IMG/VR virus record: IMGVR_UViG_3300001199_000005
Location: 88,879-152,878 of that record
Length of the DNA: 64,000 nucleotides
Origin: a virus
Reading direction: 5' to 3' (one strand)
Of the stretch, positions 18,950 through 29,208 are shown piece after piece. A program made the position numbers and the translations under genes. The notes below the pieces were generated by a model. It did no database searches and was not told the origin of the DNA. It saw nothing but the letters and a program-made list of their open reading frames with translations. How positions within the stretch are numbered: position 1 is the stretch's first letter; each line of letters opens with the position of its first letter.

Positions 18950-20044
18950 ATGTTTAGTTTAAATAAAATTCACATAATAAATAGTTCTACTGATTTCCCA
19001 GTGGACTTCTTTAATGCTAATAATGCAAGTGTCGGACCATCTGTTGCCGGCACTGTGTCAATGAACCTAATAGGTGTCGGGCTAATAGACAAAAGAAAAG
19101 TAACCATTACTAATGTTCGTGGCGCAAGAGCAACTGCACCTGTTAAACAGGTTGTTACAATTGCTCATAGTGATTTAACCTTAGTTATACCGTCTGTGAC
19201 TACAGAGGCTACCTTTGTGTTCGATACTTTTACTACTAATAATGAAGTACAATGGGGTCGTGACCGTCTACGTGCGGGTAGTGAAGTTGCTTTTCAAGTA
19301 CTAATAGGAACTATTGGCACCAACGCACAAATTAGGTCAAAATCTATTATAGACTTGCATAATGGTATAGTTCAACATAATGAACTTACTGAAGGACCTT
19401 TTACAAGTACATTGACTACAACTGGCGGCACAAGCCCGGTTACAGGAGCGACAGGTATTGTACCTTCTGATGGTTCGACTACTGCAAGTATTGTTCTTAC
19501 ACTACGTAATGAGCATCTATTTATCAAAACATTAAACATTGTAAATGATAATCAAGAAACTTCAGAAACATTAGTACCATCTGTTACAGCAATTCCCGGC
19601 TCTGCACTAGAAACTACTGCTCGTAAAGAAGGTCGTAACACTGGAGCATTGTTACAAGAAAATGAAAGATTACTTACTGATGTTTCAGTTCGTCCTTTCG
19701 GAGATGGTCAACAAGAATTACCTATTAAAAGCGCTCTATATGCTGAGTTATCATTTGATACCCTAGCTGTTAGAACAGACATGAATATTGGTACTCAAAG
19801 TATTGCTGGCAGCACTAATTTGACTTCAAAAACAAATTATGTTCTTTATATAAATGAAACTTTGGCAGGACCTGACGTTTATTTATCTGAAATTGCTCAA
19901 TTCCTGTTTGGTAACGGTATTGACCCTGCTACAGGGATAGCTTATGATGCTACCGACTTTGGTGATTACTTGTTAGATACAAACGATGTCGCTACTGTAG
20001 ATGCTGGTACTTATGATACAACAACAGACCTTTGGGCAGCTTAA
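18950..20044 (+). CDS. Auxiliary capsid (decoration) protein, putative
   Basis: 364 aa, T/S/G-rich, in the position of the crAss auxiliary capsid gene; motif KEGRNTG..L.EN.RL.T. Confidence 0.55.
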   Translation: MFSLNKIHIINSSTDFPVDFFNANNASVGPSVAGTVSMNLIGVGLIDKRKVTITNVRGARATAPVKQVVTIAHSDLTLVIPSVTTEATFVFDTFTTNNEVQWGRDRLRAGSEVAFQVLIGTIGTNAQIRSKSIIDLHNGIVQHNELTEGPFTSTLTTTGGTSPVTGATGIVPSDGSTTASIVLTLRNEHLFIKTLNIVNDNQETSETLVPSVTAIPGSALETTARKEGRNTGALLQENERLLTDVSVRPFGDGQQELPIKSALYAELSFDTLAVRTDMNIGTQSIAGSTNLTSKTNYVLYINETLAGPDVYLSEIAQFLFGNGIDPATGIAYDATDFGDYLLDTNDVATVDAGTYDTTTDLWAA

Positions 20045-20047
20045 TAT

Positions 20048-20707
20048 ATGACGCTTGACCAACTGGCTTCAGCTGTTCAAAATGACATCCATACTGGATT
20101 ACAAGGAGTAGGGAATATCCCTTACTCCTTAGACCAGTTAAAGGATGACCTACTCTTACAAAGGGCTTCTTTTCTTGTAAATCTATACAAGAAGGGAGCC
20201 CTAAAGGAGTTTGAGATTTATCAAAAAATACCTTGTATAACAACAGATTGCCAAGATTTGGCAAAATGCTGTAAAGGACCAAAAGGAATAGCACCAACAG
20301 TGCATTTTGAAATTCCTAAATTAGTCTTGGCCCTTGGAGAAAAAACCGTTAAATTTATTGGAGCGGCGGATTATAGTATAGAATATAAAGTATATTTGGA
20401 CACTACATTCAGATACTCTAATTATCGTAGATATGGTAACAATTTACCATTTGTTTTTGTAGATACAACTTTAAACGGCAATGGTAAGTTTGATTGCTTC
20501 CTATTCAACGCTACACCAAAAGTACTTACAGTAGAAATTATTCCTTTCAATCCAGAAGAGTTATCTGAATACTCTTGCTGTGCTAATCCTGAATTTGACC
20601 CAACAGGTTTTATATCTTCAGAAATAAAAACAGCAGTAACTGAAAAATACATTAGACATTACAGACAATTAAACTTTGGCCCAACAACTAATACACAAAC
20701 AGCATGA
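20048..20707 (+). CDS. Tail ring protein
   Basis: 219 aa starting MTLDQLASAVQND; Cys-rich; ring-protein size and position. Confidence 0.55.
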   Translation: MTLDQLASAVQNDIHTGLQGVGNIPYSLDQLKDDLLLQRASFLVNLYKKGALKEFEIYQKIPCITTDCQDLAKCCKGPKGIAPTVHFEIPKLVLALGEKTVKFIGAADYSIEYKVYLDTTFRYSNYRRYGNNLPFVFVDTTLNGNGKFDCFLFNATPKVLTVEIIPFNPEELSEYSCCANPEFDPTGFISSEIKTAVTEKYIRHYRQLNFGPTTNTQTA

Positions 20708-21399
20708 GAATAGACCGTCCTAGGATGAATAAGGTTTCATTTAAAGCAGTCCTTGAAAGACTAGATTTAATTCATGGAATACATGTAAATGAAAATTATG
20801 CAATAAATCTAGGGATGATTGCTTGGGACAAAATCGGCAATAAAGAAACTGACATTTACAGATTAGCTACAACAATAGTAGACTGTAAAGCAACATTGCC
20901 TTGTAATGCTGAATTTATTGAATGTGTAACTACTGGTATTGAAACACCAGCAAATGCAACTGTTGACAGACTATATGAAAACTTCTTACAAGATGAAGAT
21001 TTTCAAAAACCATTTAGACATGATTTAATATTACCTGATAATAGATTTTTGAAATTTAGACATTTTGGAGAATACCTTCAATTTGATGTTGATAGTTTAG
21101 ACATTCAAATAATATATAGAGGTGTTATCTGTGATGATGATGGTTTACCACTACTAACAGAGAAAGAAGTAGAAGCTATTTCTTATTATATAGCATATAT
21201 AGAAAGTTATAAAAGCGCTAAGAATAATATGGCAGGTGCTGGAGAAATGATGCAATTTCAATATAGTCAATGGGATAGGCTATGTGCTGATGCTAGAGTG
21301 CCTGAAGAGTTTACTCAAAATGAAATAGATAGAATACTAGATGTCAAATTCAGCTGGGACAGAAAAATGTACGGAAAAGCCTATAAAACTTTCCGCTAA
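20704..21399 (+). CDS. Tail ring / tubular protein
   Basis: 231 aa with LPCNAEFIE and DDDGLPLL motifs typical of crAss ring proteins. Confidence 0.6.
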   Translation: MRIDRPRMNKVSFKAVLERLDLIHGIHVNENYAINLGMIAWDKIGNKETDIYRLATTIVDCKATLPCNAEFIECVTTGIETPANATVDRLYENFLQDEDFQKPFRHDLILPDNRFLKFRHFGEYLQFDVDSLDIQIIYRGVICDDDGLPLLTEKEVEAISYYIAYIESYKSAKNNMAGAGEMMQFQYSQWDRLCADARVPEEFTQNEIDRILDVKFSWDRKMYGKAYKTFR

Positions 21400-21856
21400 G
21401 CACTACGATACTTCGCTAAATAAGAATATTGAACATATTTTTCCTAAGACTTTAAAACTAAGTTGGTTAAAAGGTAAAGGAAATATCAATAAGATTTATA
21501 AGGCTAGAACTAAACGAGATTTAGCAAAGAAGATTTTTCATATGTTTATGGCAAATCTCTTAGACCATTTAATTGAAACAGGCGATATTTTTATTCTTCC
21601 AATACCAGGACATAATTATATTCAGATTGAAGAGATGCCAGATGCAGAAGTAAGACACAGAATGCAGATAGGAACTTACCAATTTGTAGATATAATACAA
21701 TCTGATTTTAAAATATATTACTTTGTGCTTAGATTTGCCTCAAGTTCAAGAACAAGTACTAGAGTAATTAGGATAGATTACAACAGATATAAGTATCTTT
21801 GTGATAAAGTTAATAAAGGTAAAAGATATTGCAGCAAATACGTGTACAGGACTTAA
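21341..21856 (+). CDS. Basic protein, IHF/HU-like (start uncertain)
   Basis: Lys/Arg-rich, with LIETGDIFILPIPG resembling the IHF turn; crAss-like genomes carry IHF-like genes before the muzzle gene. Confidence 0.45.
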   Translation: MSNSAGTEKCTEKPIKLSAKHYDTSLNKNIEHIFPKTLKLSWLKGKGNINKIYKARTKRDLAKKIFHMFMANLLDHLIETGDIFILPIPGHNYIQIEEMPDAEVRHRMQIGTYQFVDIIQSDFKIYYFVLRFASSSRTSTRVIRIDYNRYKYLCDKVNKGKRYCSKYVYRT

Positions 21857-22089
21857 TAGAAAAAGTCCAAAAAGAGTTTCCAGAAGTGGATAAGAAAGCT
21901 GTACTAGATACAGTGTATATAGGACTAAAAAATATGTGTCAACTTTTAAGAAAAAGTCAAGATGTTTTTATTGACAACTCTAAAGGTAAGACACCTTATA
22001 TTTTTAGATGCTTTAGGTACAGATACTTAGATTACCATAATAGAAGAGTAAAACGAATTCAAAGACTAAGAGATGCAAAAAATAAATAA
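21829..22089 (+). CDS. Small IHF/HU-like protein
   Basis: 86 aa with a helical start DLIEKVQKEFPEVDKKAVLDTV and a basic C-terminus. Confidence 0.5.
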   Translation: MQQIRVQDLIEKVQKEFPEVDKKAVLDTVYIGLKNMCQLLRKSQDVFIDNSKGKTPYIFRCFRYRYLDYHNRRVKRIQRLRDAKNK

Positions 22090-25000
22090 TTCATTTTCAA
22101 AAGGCATGGTTGCTGATTCATTTGAATCACTAACACAAAAAGATGTTTATACATTTGCTGCAAATGGTAAACAAATAACCTATGCTGGAAATGAATTTAT
22201 TATGCAAGCAGAGGATGGTAATGTTAGTACTGGTACAGGGCTTCCAGCTGAGCATTATCCATGTGCTGTTAAAGTTTATAATGATATTGCATATATAATA
22301 TCAACTGGTGATGGGCAAGTAGCTGTAGGTTCTTTTCCAAGTGCTGACTTAGGCGGTGTAACAAGTTCTAGTGCTGGTACTTATTTAAATAACACCATAA
22401 CTTTAGTAACATCTTATAATTTTATAATAGGAAGACCTATAGAAATATTTGTAGCCAATATTCAATCAAACTTTATACCAGCGTTTGAAGAACTTATTTC
22501 AGTTACTTATTTAAAAGGCCAATCACCTGGAACAGCAACTGTACTAGGTTCTGGAATCTCTGTTAAATATACACCAGATAGTACAGAAATGTCTAATTTA
22601 TATATAATAGTTGAATTCTATACAGGACCTTCTATTGATATAACGACTAGTATTATTTCTTTTGAGCCTCAACCGTTGCAGAATATTTATAGACCCTTCT
22701 TGAACTTAACGGAATTTGTACCAGTTTACCCAACAACATTTGTTCAAGATAATTTTTCAATATTAGACCCATCTGGGTCATTCACTTTTTATAATTATTT
22801 AGGGGTAGCAACTGGCACATTAAGTATAGGTGACCAAATAACAGTTAATCTACTTGGTGGGTATAGTAATTTAAGTACTGTATTATATCTTAAACGGCAT
22901 GCTGGACTTGGTCCTGATAATATTGGATATGCCCCTGGAAGTATAATACAATTTGGAACTTCTAAATTCGGCACAAGAACTACATTCCCACTTACAGATA
23001 CAATCAATTTATCAAGTACAACAGTTGGTTTAGTTTTAGCTGATATAGATTATAACCCATCTACAAAGACATTTAACCCGAATAAATTACACCTATTATC
23101 TGGCGGTTATACTAATTTAGTTCCTTTTATTGGCGAAAACTTAGCACCAAGCGGTTCTAATGTTAAACGCTCATGGGATATTGAATTGCAAGAGTCTTTC
23201 GATAATTCTATAAATGTTATTTGGGCAGATGGGGTTAATCCAACTAGATTAGTTAATTCTAGATTTAAAGTAAAAAATAATTTAATTGAAGTTGCTGATA
23301 GAACAGGAACTAGTGATTCAAATATTTATCAACCATTAAATCTTGACAAACAAATTGAACTTACTAAAACATATTCAGGAATTCCTGAAATAACAGATTT
23401 TAGTGTCATAGATGGTGGTCAATTACCTTCAGGATTTTATACAGTTTACTTCAAGTATGCAACTCAAGACTTAGATACAACTAATGTTATAGAAGTTACT
23501 TCTCAAATAGCTGTATTTAAAGGTTCAGGTTACACAATGACAGGTGAACCTAAAAGTGCTGGAAAAAGTATTACTGTTTCTTTAGCAAACTTAGATACTA
23601 ATTACAGATTTTTAAAAGTTTTTTATAGCTATAACGCAGCTGCAACTGGGGCAGTGGCAACACCGCAACTTTTTGAATTAACAAATCTATTTAGTTTCTC
23701 TGGTACAACTTCTACAATCACAATTAATGGGTTTGAACCTACTTTAGTGGCTGATAACTCATTGGTTAATATAGAGTCTTATTCATTAGTACCAAAGACT
23801 ATTACTCAAGTAAAGAATAGATTATTTGAAGCTAATATTAATAACTCGTTTAATAATAATGAAACTTTAGCTCTTTTAGCTAGAGAGATTACAATTAACT
23901 TAGAAACAACAAGAATTGGACAAGCACCAAATGTCACAGATTGGGAAGGAAATATAAAAGCTAATCCAAATGCATATGAATTGCACAGAAGTGTTAACGG
24001 TCTCTATTACAAAACAGGACTTCATGGCGGAGAAACTTACAGATTTGAAATTGTTTTTATAAAGACCAATAAAGAACTTACTCCTGCTTTTCCAATATCT
24101 GGTAGAGATGATGCTGACCCATTATATTTTGGACAATTATACTCAGCATTACCGTTGCCGACAGAGGCTAATGATTATTTTAATACAACAGGGGGATACA
24201 ATTATCACGGTATATATAGACCGCCGTTAGTTACAGGGCTAAACGATGATGAGTTGTATACTGTGAAATTTAACATTCCAACAACAACAGTAGATAAATT
24301 ACCGTCTGATATAGAAGGTTTCTTTTTCGTTATGGCAGATAGAATTCCTAATAAAATTCTACAAGGAAGAACATTTCCAACATTACGAATACCGACAGTT
24401 TCACCAACAGATTACTTTCTTACAGATAATCCAAATGAAATGGCTATATCACCTCTTGCTGGTATAGCTGATGCTGATTCGCAGGCTTCTTTTTATCCGC
24501 TTGTCAATTTATATATTCCGACAGAAGGTTCTGATAGTACTGGAGATAGTATTAAACAACAAAATGGTGGCTCAACTGTGGTTGAAACAGCGCAAGGAAT
24601 ATTTTTAGGTTATGATGAAGCTCTTCTTCCTAGAAGTACTGAATGGACATCATTTAAGAAGCTAGCCCTATATTCACCAGATTTAGTTTGTAACCCAGGT
24701 TATTTTAGTGATTTATTAAAAAATACAGAAATAGTAGCAAAAAGATTACATTACTATAACGATTTAGGTATAAATATTAACGGTGATAAACTATATGGAC
24801 AAACTCCTGATGGTAATGGTACTGTGCCTGGACCGACAAATGAACGTCATGCTTTCTTTTCTAAACTTAACTCAAGTACTAACTATGGAGTGTTAGCTGG
24901 ATATTACTTCTATGATACTATGTTAGGAATAGTAGAAAGTTTTACAACTCCTTTAGTATTAGGGAATAGAGCGAATTCAATTAGTTCTAATTCTCAATCA

Positions 25001-26947
25001 ACATCTACAAGTTTACAAAATACTAGTTTTACTGCTAAAGCTGCTTACGTTACAAGAGAAGCAACTGCACCTAACCTGGGAAGATTTAGTTCTAGTATGT
25101 ACAGACCAGATAATGAGGGCTCTTTACTAGTAGTCAACTCAACTTGGAAATCAGTGGCTAGAGCTAGTTTTGATAACTATATTGGATTAACAAGTACAAC
25201 TAATCTGACAGATTTTTTATTTCCTTTTGCAGCAAAATTACATAATTTCTCTACAACAGTTAATTTATATCCAGAAGGTGGTCATTGGTCAACAGCAATT
25301 GTCAAAAGTATTCACTTAAATTTAAGTAATCTTGCTTTTACAGCTATAACACCTAGAATTTCTGTAGCTAAATGGAAAGCAAAAGCACCTGCTTTATCTA
25401 ATATGTTAAGACATTATGGTGGAGATTGCTATAAAATGATTAGTGCAAGTAGAGTATTTGCAGGAACTCAATCACACCCAGAAGATAGCACAGCTACTTT
25501 AACAGTGCCATCTAACAATACAGCCCTTGGTTACTATCCTAATAATGCAGCATTAGTTTATATGCTATGTGAATCAGATAGACACCCAGGATTTATGTAC
25601 GAAGAGGAAAGGTTTATTGAAGAAACTATAATTTACGGTAATAAAAGACCTGTGTTTCCAGCTACAACTGAAAATCCACAACAAAGGTCATTACTATTAG
25701 CTCAATCAGAGGCTTATAATGACGGTGCAACTAACCCTAAATCGGTTAAATTTCAAACAGGATACGATTCTACTATTCCAGCCCTTAGCGATAACTACAG
25801 AAATAGAGTACATTTTTCAGAATTAAATGTTCCAGGACAGTTTAATAACGGTTATAGAGTATTTAATACATTAAATTTCTTTGATTATCCATCGGATATT
25901 GGCCCAATTACAGCTATAAGAAATATAAATGGTTATTTAGCTATTGTTTGTACTAGCGGCATTATTATGACAGGTGTAAATGAACAAAGTGCTATTAGTA
26001 ATAACTCTGGAGGTTCTGTTTATATTGGTTCACCTGATATACTTGGACAAAACTTTAGTTATTTATCAAGACATCTAGGCTCTAAATGGATAGGTTCAGT
26101 GATACCATCAAGGAATTATATCTATTTTGTAGATACTATTACTAGTAAGGTAGTAAGATTCTCTTCTCAAGGTGTTCAAGTTCTTAGTGATTTCAAAGTT
26201 GCTAAGTATATTACTGAAATGTCATCTAAGTATAGTAATGATACTAATAACAAAGAAGTATTATCATTCTTTGATAATGTTAATAATAGAGTTTATTTTA
26301 TATTTACTGACAAAACAGTGGGTACTCAACAATATAGCACCATCATAGATGGTCAAACTTTCACAACTGCATTTTTACCGAATAGTCCTGACCAATTATC
26401 TATAAGTTATAATGAATCTACAGAACAATGGGGCACAGCTCACGAGTTTATAGCAGCTGCATTGTTTTATCTTAATGGTAAAACTTATACTTTCCCTGTA
26501 GATGGAACTTCTATCTATGAACATAATAAACAAGCACTTTTTGAATACTATGAACAACCAGCAGCCTTTGAAATAGAGTTTGTGGCTGCCGATAATCCTA
26601 CTCTTCATAAGATATTCAACAATCTAATACTTGTTGGCAATGATAAGTTGCCAGAATTTATAGTTTTTCATAATGATGAAGAACCAACAGTCTTACTTCA
26701 GACTATAAGCGATATGAAAACTAATGGAAGACTTTATGGAAATACACATAGAAAAGAAGGAAGTACATACATAGTACTTCAGAAAGAAGGAAACCTACGA
26801 ATTATAGATACTTATGCTAATCAACCTTTTACAAAGCAATTTATTAAGAGAATTCGTGATAAATATACTAAAATTCGTGTTATTTATAAACGTGGTGAGA
26901 AACCAACACTTCTTGCTGCTATTACAGACTATACACCAAGTTACTAA
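22073..26947 (+). CDS. Tail muzzle / stabilization protein
   Basis: 1624 aa; starts NSFSKGMVAD; contains WADGVNPTRLVN, GETYRFEIVF, GGDCY, NRVHFSE and KRIRDKYTKIRV, characteristic of the crAss muzzle (P22 gp10-like) protein. Confidence 0.8.
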   Translation: MQKINNSFSKGMVADSFESLTQKDVYTFAANGKQITYAGNEFIMQAEDGNVSTGTGLPAEHYPCAVKVYNDIAYIISTGDGQVAVGSFPSADLGGVTSSSAGTYLNNTITLVTSYNFIIGRPIEIFVANIQSNFIPAFEELISVTYLKGQSPGTATVLGSGISVKYTPDSTEMSNLYIIVEFYTGPSIDITTSIISFEPQPLQNIYRPFLNLTEFVPVYPTTFVQDNFSILDPSGSFTFYNYLGVATGTLSIGDQITVNLLGGYSNLSTVLYLKRHAGLGPDNIGYAPGSIIQFGTSKFGTRTTFPLTDTINLSSTTVGLVLADIDYNPSTKTFNPNKLHLLSGGYTNLVPFIGENLAPSGSNVKRSWDIELQESFDNSINVIWADGVNPTRLVNSRFKVKNNLIEVADRTGTSDSNIYQPLNLDKQIELTKTYSGIPEITDFSVIDGGQLPSGFYTVYFKYATQDLDTTNVIEVTSQIAVFKGSGYTMTGEPKSAGKSITVSLANLDTNYRFLKVFYSYNAAATGAVATPQLFELTNLFSFSGTTSTITINGFEPTLVADNSLVNIESYSLVPKTITQVKNRLFEANINNSFNNNETLALLAREITINLETTRIGQAPNVTDWEGNIKANPNAYELHRSVNGLYYKTGLHGGETYRFEIVFIKTNKELTPAFPISGRDDADPLYFGQLYSALPLPTEANDYFNTTGGYNYHGIYRPPLVTGLNDDELYTVKFNIPTTTVDKLPSDIEGFFFVMADRIPNKILQGRTFPTLRIPTVSPTDYFLTDNPNEMAISPLAGIADADSQASFYPLVNLYIPTEGSDSTGDSIKQQNGGSTVVETAQGIFLGYDEALLPRSTEWTSFKKLALYSPDLVCNPGYFSDLLKNTEIVAKRLHYYNDLGININGDKLYGQTPDGNGTVPGPTNERHAFFSKLNSSTNYGVLAGYYFYDTMLGIVESFTTPLVLGNRANSISSNSQSTSTSLQNTSFTAKAAYVTREATAPNLGRFSSSMYRPDNEGSLLVVNSTWKSVARASFDNYIGLTSTTNLTDFLFPFAAKLHNFSTTVNLYPEGGHWSTAIVKSIHLNLSNLAFTAITPRISVAKWKAKAPALSNMLRHYGGDCYKMISASRVFAGTQSHPEDSTATLTVPSNNTALGYYPNNAALVYMLCESDRHPGFMYEEERFIEETIIYGNKRPVFPATTENPQQRSLLLAQSEAYNDGATNPKSVKFQTGYDSTIPALSDNYRNRVHFSELNVPGQFNNGYRVFNTLNFFDYPSDIGPITAIRNINGYLAIVCTSGIIMTGVNEQSAISNNSGGSVYIGSPDILGQNFSYLSRHLGSKWIGSVIPSRNYIYFVDTITSKVVRFSSQGVQVLSDFKVAKYITEMSSKYSNDTNNKEVLSFFDNVNNRVYFIFTDKTVGTQQYSTIIDGQTFTTAFLPNSPDQLSISYNESTEQWGTAHEFIAAALFYLNGKTYTFPVDGTSIYEHNKQALFEYYEQPAAFEIEFVAADNPTLHKIFNNLILVGNDKLPEFIVFHNDEEPTVLLQTISDMKTNGRLYGNTHRKEGSTYIVLQKEGNLRIIDTYANQPFTKQFIKRIRDKYTKIRVIYKRGEKPTLLAAITDYTPSY

Positions 26948-28146
26948 TGGATAAATATAATAAATTAAGAGAAATAACAAAACTACAAGGAGGAGCACCA
27001 ATAGCAAGTTCAGCAGACTCAGCAGCCTCATCACGAGGCGCAATGACAACTGATGCTGGTAAACAACAAAGTAAAGCTGCAAGTAATTTTGGCGGCGGAA
27101 TATGGGGTGCTATGATAGCTAGTTCTGTAAAAAGTCTTGAGGGTCGTAAAAATGAACTGGATGAAGCAACAACACAAAAAGAAAAAAGTGATGTAGCTTA
27201 CAGAACACTGTTTGGAGGCCCAATTGCTGATAAAATAACTAAGTTTACTCAAAAAAAGTCAACAGGAGCTTTCGGCGTAGAGAAAGTAGATAATAGTAAA
27301 TTTGGGGCCTGGTATTCAGGAAAAAGAGCTAATCAGAAACTTAAAGATACTTATTCAGCAGGCGTAGATAGAGCAAAACAAACCAGATTAGATGACATAA
27401 ATGCTCAAACCGCTGCTATGTATGCAAAGAAAGGTATAAAACTTAAGAAAACTAAAGATAAAGAACCAGAATTAAGAATAGTCAATCCTGGGATAAAAAT
27501 TCATAACATTGGTTATATGACTAAGTCCTGGAAACCAGGTGCAACACTTGCTAAACATGGAACTAAACTTGAACATAAATCTTGTGGTTGCGGCAGTCAC
27601 GGTGATATGTTAGAAAAATTAGATGGCGGAACTATTAATCTTATCAGAAAGACAATAGGTATGGGTGAAGGTCCAGTGACTAAACGATTTGCAGATACTA
27701 TTCTAAAGGATGCTGGTTCTGAAAAAGGAATATATGATTTTCTACAAAAATTACTAAAAGACTATCCAAAGAATCAAGAAATAGTAATTAAAGTTGCCAA
27801 AGAAGGTGGTAACATACAACCTATTTTTAAATCAGGTGGTAAGATAAAAGACCATAGAGTACTTACAGGTGTATACCATTCACAAAAAAACAATCTTGAC
27901 TTAGAAGTTACCAAAAAAGGTATTCCAGTAGTCAGTTTTGAAGATGGTGGAGAAGTCACTCAACATGCTGAAGTTGAAAAAAATGAATTAGTTCTTAATA
28001 AAGAAGCTAGTGAAACAATCGAGAAAACAGCAGAACTCATTGAAGAGTTACCAGAGGAAAAAGAAGATGAAATGCTTCTTAGATTTGGTAAATGGTTAGT
28101 AGTGCAGCTACTTAAAAATACTGAAAATTTAAAAGCAGTTAGTTAA
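26947..28146 (+). CDS. Putative cargo/internal virion protein with multiple xxGG motifs and a C-terminal H...ExExxE domain
   Basis: Motifs KLQGG, AKKG, AKHG, LDGG, AKEGG, FKSGG and FEDGG; Gly/Ala-rich hydrophobic segment near the N-terminus. Confidence 0.55.
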   Translation: MDKYNKLREITKLQGGAPIASSADSAASSRGAMTTDAGKQQSKAASNFGGGIWGAMIASSVKSLEGRKNELDEATTQKEKSDVAYRTLFGGPIADKITKFTQKKSTGAFGVEKVDNSKFGAWYSGKRANQKLKDTYSAGVDRAKQTRLDDINAQTAAMYAKKGIKLKKTKDKEPELRIVNPGIKIHNIGYMTKSWKPGATLAKHGTKLEHKSCGCGSHGDMLEKLDGGTINLIRKTIGMGEGPVTKRFADTILKDAGSEKGIYDFLQKLLKDYPKNQEIVIKVAKEGGNIQPIFKSGGKIKDHRVLTGVYHSQKNNLDLEVTKKGIPVVSFEDGGEVTQHAEVEKNELVLNKEASETIEKTAELIEELPEEKEDEMLLRFGKWLVVQLLKNTENLKAVS

Positions 28147-28147
28147 T

Positions 28148-28849
28148 ATGGAATTAAGTAAAAGAGAACTAGTGAGGTTAGAAGCTTTAAAAATAGCTAA
28201 ATTGCAAAAAGGCGGAAAAGTAAGAGGTAATACTATGCAGAAAGCGCCTAAGAAGGCTAACAAAGATAATTTCTTTGAACATACTTATAATGGTAAATCA
28301 TATAAAGTTATGGAAGAATTAGGTATAGATGGAAATTATCAAACAGTAGCTATTGATTCAGAAGGTAAACGCGCTGATGCCGAAACTTCTAAAATGATTG
28401 AAACAGATTACTATAAAGACTCAGGTCTTGGTGACCCGGCGGTAGTAGAAAGAACTGCTTTTTATCTAGGTCAAGAAAGATTAGGTAAAAAACTAGAAGC
28501 AATGATGGCAGCAGTAGAAAAGAAAGCGGAAAAGAAAGCTGAAACTAAAAAAGCAGAAGAACTTCCAGTGAGTCCAGAAGAGATAGGTTTTCAAGCTCCG
28601 ACTAAACCAGAAAAGAAAGAAGCGCTTATAGAGCTTCCAGGTGATAAAACTTGGATTTATAAAGTAGTACAAGATGGTGATGATGTTCAAGCCCTAACTG
28701 CTCGCAGAACAAATCCAAATCAATGGGCTGATATTACTAATAACGAGATTGCTATGGAAATAATTAATTTTGCAGCTAAACAGCAAACTTCTTCTAACCC
28801 TGGACAATTATCCAATAAAGCACAAACATACATAAACTCAGTTAAATAA
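28148..28849 (+). CDS. Putative cargo protein (N-terminal KLQKGG)
   Basis: 233 aa; basic leader ending in KLQKGG; K/E/A-rich linker. Confidence 0.5.
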   Translation: MELSKRELVRLEALKIAKLQKGGKVRGNTMQKAPKKANKDNFFEHTYNGKSYKVMEELGIDGNYQTVAIDSEGKRADAETSKMIETDYYKDSGLGDPAVVERTAFYLGQERLGKKLEAMMAAVEKKAEKKAETKKAEELPVSPEEIGFQAPTKPEKKEALIELPGDKTWIYKVVQDGDDVQALTARRTNPNQWADITNNEIAMEIINFAAKQQTSSNPGQLSNKAQTYINSVK

Positions 28850-29128
28850 GTGGAAGAATTAACATTAATACACGGGATAACAAGTCTTGGACCAACTAGT
28901 ATACTTGGATTTATAACTTATACTCTTTGGAAAGCGTATAGAAGTGAATTAGAGTATAATAGGGCACAGGATAAAGCAAATTTAGAATCATTAAATGATA
29001 TGTCTAAGGTTCTTGACAAGTTAGCAGTTAGAGATTCTTCCGTAGTAAGTAGTATAGACAGTTTAAAAGTTTTAATAGATGAGCGTACTAAAGTTATTCT
29101 GGAGCATCTTCGTGGTAAAACCAATTAA
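28850..29128 (+). CDS. Small single-TM protein, BhlA/UviB-like holin candidate
   Basis: 92 aa, GTG start, N-terminal TM (GPTSILGFITYTLW) followed by a coiled coil. Confidence 0.4.
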   Translation: MEELTLIHGITSLGPTSILGFITYTLWKAYRSELEYNRAQDKANLESLNDMSKVLDKLAVRDSSVVSSIDSLKVLIDERTKVILEHLRGKTN

Positions 29129-29208
29129 GAAAGAAACTGATATATCAGAAGCTAGAAAGAAGGTAAAAGACAAGTATAGAGTAGTCTTAGACATATTACA
29201 TAATTCAA

